This document shows positions 58,730 through 64,000 of a stretch of DNA of 64,000 nt, one piece after another. The notes under the pieces are model-generated. The model was not told the origin of the DNA. It did no database searches and worked only from the letters and a program-made list of their open reading frames with translations. Where the stretch lies: NCBI GenBank assembly GCA_031835245.2, contig JAVKOQ020000064.1, positions 124,001 to 188,000 of the forward strand, given 5' to 3'. Each line of letters opens with the position of its first letter. The stretch's first letter is position 1. The translations under genes and the position numbers were made by a program. The DNA is from Balamuthia mandrillaris. Its lineage: Eukaryota.

Positions 58730-60550
58730 TTAAAAAAACGAACCAGTTCTTCGGCTGGTGATAACGTCATTCACTCGTTTCGACAGCGAAGTGCGCAGCG
58801 TCAGCTGTTCCGGTTGTGGCGCCTCCTTTGGAGGCCTCTTGCTGGTGCTTGAGGCGGATGGAGAGGAAGCCGTAACTTTGGACTTGGGCAGGTACGCTTT
58901 GGCCGGATTGTGGATGAGCAAGGGCGCTGGCGGCGGTGGAGGAGGTGGAGTAGCAGAAGAGGCAGACGGAGAAGCAACAGGAGGAGGAGCAGGAGGAGAA
59001 GAAGAAGAAGCAACAGAATAAGAAGATGGATGAGCAGAGGTTATAAAGTAAGAAGATGGATGAGCAGAAGCAATTGCATAAGAGGATGGATGCGCAGAGG
59101 CAACGAAATAAGAAGAAGGGTGAGCAGGGGCCATAAAGTAAGAAGAAGGGTGAGCAGAAGCAATTGCATAAGAAGATGGATGCGCAGAAGCAACAGAAGG
59201 AACAGGAAGAGAAGGAGGAGATGAAGGAGACGGGAAGGCCGAGGGAACGGCGGGAGGAGGTCGTTTGGGCGGATCGCGAGGAGGCAGAGGAGGTGCTGGA
59301 TTGTATTCGTCCGACTCTTCTTCGTTGTAATTGTAATAATAGTCATAGCCATAGCTTTGTTCCTCTGTGTTTTGTATTGTTGAAGAAGGTGAGGAAGAAG
59401 GAATGGACGGTCGTTGATGACTAGGATGATGGTGTATGGCAGAAGCGGTGCTGTCGTTCTCCAAGCCTTCAGCCAGTTTGACGAGACTTTCCAGAACGTC
59501 TTCATCCTTTTTGTGGAACGAAGTTAACGTGGTCGGAATTGGCATCAAACGGTCAGCAGTATTGTTGGAGAGAAGAGGAGGAGTGGAGGAGCTTCTCTGT
59601 TTGTCCTGTCGTCGTTTGTTCTCTTTCTGCTCCTTCTTCCCCGCTTTCTCCTTCTCCTTCTGTAGTCGCTTCTGTTCTTTGGCGGATGGACTTTCCGCTT
59701 TGGGAGAAGATGGCATAGACTTTGAAGCTTTCGGATCATGAGATGCTGGAGGAGTAAGAGAAGAAGGAGAGGAAGCATTCGAAGAAGCAATGGAGGAAGA
59801 CATGGGAAGTGGTTCAGATGGAGTTCTCGGCCTTCTTGAAGAAGTCCTTGGCGGAATAATAGCTGTTTGTTGCTGCTGCTGCTGTGGAATCCAATCCTTT
59901 GGAGGCAATGGAGGAGGAGCATCTTCATCTTCTTCCTCTTTGTTGTTATTTGTTCGTGTCATCATCAACATGTCGTCTGTTGTTTTAGCCATTGAGGTTG
60001 GTCTAGAAACAACGATTGTGTGTGGGTTTAATGGACTCGATGATGACGAGGGATGATACGAGTGACGCAGTTGGTCTCTTGCCATCTGAGAATGAGAAGA
60101 TGGAGAAGCAGAGGATAACAACCCACCAGTAGAACTATGGGGCTGATATTGTTGCTGTTGTTGTTGCTGTGGTGGCAGTGGTTGTTGTTGGGCAGTGGAA
60201 AGAGAAAAAGGAGGAGACGGAAAGTGGACTGATTGAGCATTCAGATACATGGAAGAAGAGTTGGAAGGAGGAGGGGCATACGGAGAAGAAGGAGAGGAAC
60301 TTAGAGGAGGGGCAGAGGGAGAAGGAAATTGAGGAGGAGAATCGAACGGATTAGATGGAGGTGGGGCAGGAGAAGAAGAGGGAGAAGCTGTAGGAGAGGA
60401 AAAGGATTGTTGAAAGGAAACAGAACTGGCTGATGGGAATGTTGTTTCGTGCTTGTTCATTCCTTCACTTCCTTCTAATTGTGGATCTCTTGATGCCTAT
60501 AAACCAATATGTTAACAAGAAGTGAAAAATGTAAAAGAACAAGAAGGAAG

Positions 60551-60588
<38 letters not shown>

Positions 60589-63468
60589 AGTAACAAGGAA
60601 GTAACAAGAGAGAGAGAAAGAGAGAAGTTACAGCTTGTAAGCTAGCCATCCATTCATCCATTTCTTGCTTGTCTTTGGCGGAGAGGAACTCTGTTCTTTG
60701 GGCGGTGTGAATCTCAAAGCAAAAGGGGCGAGTGACGGCTTGTGCTGTCATCGTTACGACCTTTGAGCCGCGAATGGGGATCTTTCCTTGTGGCTTTTTG
60801 CCCTATACATGTGTTTGCATGTATATATAAATAAGAGTCAGAAGGAAGGAAAAGAGAAGGACAAGTACCTCAGTAAAGTGAACTTGTTCTTTCCAGTAGA
60901 CCAAATCGCCATCTTTAAGTACACAATAACGAGGCGTCCATTTCTTTCTGACGTGAGCTTGCTTCATGAGAAGACCGCTTTTGTTGAGGTCCACTATTGG
61001 CCCTGCGTTGGTCATGCCAGCACTTGCCTCAGCCCCAAACACCGATCCATCGCCCTTCAGCTTCTCTTCTTTCACTCTTCTCGCAAACTCCTGTAGCTCC
61101 GTCGGCACATCCACCAACGGCCTCACCTCTGTCGGCGCCATATCCGTCCTCGCCGGATAACAATCCGCGCTCTCTCCTCCATCCTCTTCCTCTTCGTTGC
61201 CCTCGATGGCTTGCAAGACGGGGAACCATCCTCTCACAGCAACGCAGTTTGACTCGACGGTGCGTTGGATGTCCAACAGCGTCTTGCTCAGCTTCTTCCG
61301 CTTTCTCTCGCCCTTCTCGCTGGAGGCGAGAGCGGACATGCACTTGTTGTAGTCGCGCCACGGATAGGCGAAAGAAAGAAGGGAGTGGTTGTAGATAAAC
61401 GCGGAGAGGAGGGACTGCCATCCGGTCAGAGTGATGCCATTGCGGTCGCACCAGAGGGCACGGAGGGAGCCCTGGTTGGCGCGCAGCATCTCGGAGAGAG
61501 CCAAAGCCCCAGCATCGCCCAGCTTGTTGAAGGAGATGTTTAACTCGTGAAGAGGAGAAGCGGGGTCCAGCCCTGTTATATTGTTGTTTTAAAGGTCCTT
61601 CTGTTAAAGAAGAAAGAAGCAAGAAGAAGAAGAAGAAGAAGAAGAAGAAGAAGAAGAAGAAGAAGAACAAGAAGAAGAACAAGAAGAAGAACAAGAAGAA
61701 GAAGAAAGTATGAAAAAGAAAGGAGAGAGAAGCTAAGAGAAAGAAAGAGAAATGAAAATACCTTGAAGAAAAGGAATGATAACTTTGTCAAAGCCACCAC
61801 ATAGGTTGAGGCGACGAAGCGAAGTATAAGCGGGATTGGCCAAAGACAACAACGCTCTTGCAATGTTCAGTCCTTTAGAACAGAAAAGAAAGGTCAGAAA
61901 TAGAAAATAGAAGAGACCTAAAAAGAACTATACCTTGCACCGGCTTCTTTGCTTCAACAGCATTACTAAGCAGCAGATTCTCCACGGTGTTAGCTGTTGT
62001 AGGATCGGCCAAAGCGTGAATGATAGCCACGAAGCCTTTCTCCTTGAACTTGGCTCGACCCAAGTTTAACGTCTGTAGGTTGCAGTTCCTTCGAAGAGCG
62101 ACCATGAAGAGCTCCGCATCCGCCTCGGTGATGTTATTATCCGACAAGTCCATCTGTTGTTATTTTGGTTGAGAGGAAGAGAAAGAAAAGAAGAGAAGAG
62201 AAGAGAGAGAGGGAGAGGGAGAAAGAGAAAGAGAGATAAAGCATGTAACCTTTGTCTGCACTAAATTCTTGTTCGTACAAAGTGCAGTCAGCAGGACAGC
62301 CGCATTGCTTCCACTCAAGCCACACGCCCTCACATTGATGCTCCTCAACGTTTTGGTATCCTCCAAGGCCGTTCTGAGCAGCTGCGTCGTGCCATCGTCG
62401 ATCGTCTTGTTGAAGGAGAGGTCCAGCTCCTGCAGGTGAACAAGGTTGCGCAGCGGTTTGGCAATGTAGGTCAGGTCGATGCCGGCGCATTGGGAGAGGA
62501 AGAGCTTGCGAAGGAGGGAGTGGGTCCCTATCTTTTCTAACCAGGTTTCCAATACCCTTGTTTGTTCGTCGGGTAAGTCTTAAGGAACAACTACAAACCA
62601 ACGACGTACGTACTTGGAAGCACCATCATCCAACCTATTCCTAGACAGGTCCAACACCTCGATGCCCAACGACATTCCCAGATGGATGCACAGCGCCAAG
62701 AGGATCTCTCTCATACCCTTTCCGTTAACCCCGCACTCGCTGATGTAGAGCGAGTGCAGGGCATGTCGCATGCTCTCTAATGCCGTGGCGAGGTGCTCCG
62801 CCGCTTTGGAGGAGGCTATGGTGGTGCCGCGAAAGTCCAGGATCTGGAGGCGGTGCTCGTTGTTGTTGATGATGGCGTTGCGAAAGAGGAGGCAGTGGGC
62901 GACGGTCAGCCCCTCGCCGGAGGGCAGGTGAGAGAGCGTCACCTTGGAGAGCGTCTTGTTGTGGAGGAGGGCCTTGAGCACCTGCTTGACGGCCTCCTTG
63001 CGGGGCACGTCGTCCAGGCGCACGCTGCGAAAGTAGGTGTTGTGGTAGAGAGCGCCGATGATGGGCTCCAAGTGGAAGCTTACGTCGGACTTGGGGTCAA
63101 AGCCTGCGTTTGTGTTTGAGTTGTTGTTGGTAGGTTTGAATAAGAAAAAAGAACGAACAAATGCAGGAGGAAAGATGCAGCAAGAGACAAGATGAAGAAG
63201 AAGAAGAAGAAGAAAAAGAAGAAGAAGATCAAGGAAGAAGAGATGTAGTTGAACCAGGGCAAAGGTCGAGGTTAAGGTCGGTAATGCCTCGGGCGTCGAT
63301 ATCACAAATGAACTGGATGAGGTCGTGACTAAAGCTAACGCCCAACAGGTTGCATTGAGCCAAGTAGGTGTCCAAGAATCCATGTGCTGGGCCAATGTCT
63401 AAACATGACCGACAAAGGATGATAAAAGAGAGAGAAATAAGCATGTTATACTTAAAAAAAAGATAATA

Positions 63469-63499
<31 letters not shown>

Positions 63500-64000
63500 A
63501 GAAACAAAAAGTCTTCAAACGAACGTGAGAATACATAGGAAGGATCAACTGGCAATAGACTTTTATGTTTTGAAAGAAATAAAGAGATGAGAAAATATAT
63601 AGGAGAGGAGAACATCCAGAAGAAAGAAAGCAAAAAAAAAAGAAAGAGAAGAGAGAAGAGAGAATGAGGATAAAGAAATGGAGAATAAGAGAACAAAGAC
63701 AAAAAAGAAGAATGCCGAAACAGCAAAGCACACAACAACTTGTGGATAACAACAAGACGTACAAGTGTGGAGGGGCATGCAGCTGAAAGCCGTATTCGCT
63801 GGGAAAGCCGCAGGTGATGCGGAGGTAGGCTAAGCGGATGGCGAGGATCAGTTGCGGCACGCGGCTGCCCTGCACGGTGAAGCCCACCAGCCTCATCTTC
63901 TTGTCCTTGTGCACTTGGAAGGTGAGGTTGGCCTTCCATTGGTGCTTTTGGGTAATGTCCACCAGCTCATAGAGGTGAAAGTTTCTTGTGATCTGTTTTT
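58730..64000 (-). CDS. CARMIL-like protein: N-terminal PH-like region, RNI-type LRRs, a PH domain and a Pro/Ser-rich tail; 5' end outside the window
   Basis: GFLDTYLAQCN, ALYHNTYFRSV, LDLSRNRL, LDLSFN, LNISFNKLGDAG. PH domain SGLLMKQ...WTPRYCVLK...FCFEIHT...EMDEW. Tail has PPLPPK/PPLPPR motifs. Confidence 0.78.
59015..59195 (-). repeat. 30-bp coding tandem repeat (xxSAHPSSYx)
   Basis: About 6 copies of ASAHPSSY-like decapeptides in the tail of the CARMIL-like protein. Confidence 0.85.

Overview
Intron-rich eukaryotic genomic DNA, probably from a free-living amoeba (Amoebozoa, Balamuthia/Acanthamoeba-like). This is inferred from short GT-AG introns packed with pyrimidine microsatellites on the sense strand and from the gene content. 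About 25 protein genes are present, including glutaredoxin, an NAD-dependent epimerase, a CCCH-CUE-Smr nuclease, a GT2 glycosyltransferase, a MYND protein, a fatty-acid elongase, a GATA factor, TXNDC17, a VWA protein, a 2OG-Fe(II) oxygenase, BolA, TMEM115, an F-box RasGEF and a CARMIL-like LRR-PH protein. There is also a Mutator (MULE) DNA transposon with imperfect TIRs. The main result is a cluster of intronless LRR genes at ~27.2-41.0 kb: four full-length copies (one frameshifted) plus inverted and truncated fragments. They are built from 69-bp modules with a near-invariant nucleotide framework and hypervariable codons at the predicted ligand-binding positions. Copy number and module order differ between genes, and each ends in a conserved BC-box-like + CxxC...CCSxxC tail resembling LRRC58-type cullin adaptors. 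This looks like a diversifying family of intracellular recognition/ubiquitination receptors. Exon boundaries and repeat counts were read by eye and no database searches were run.
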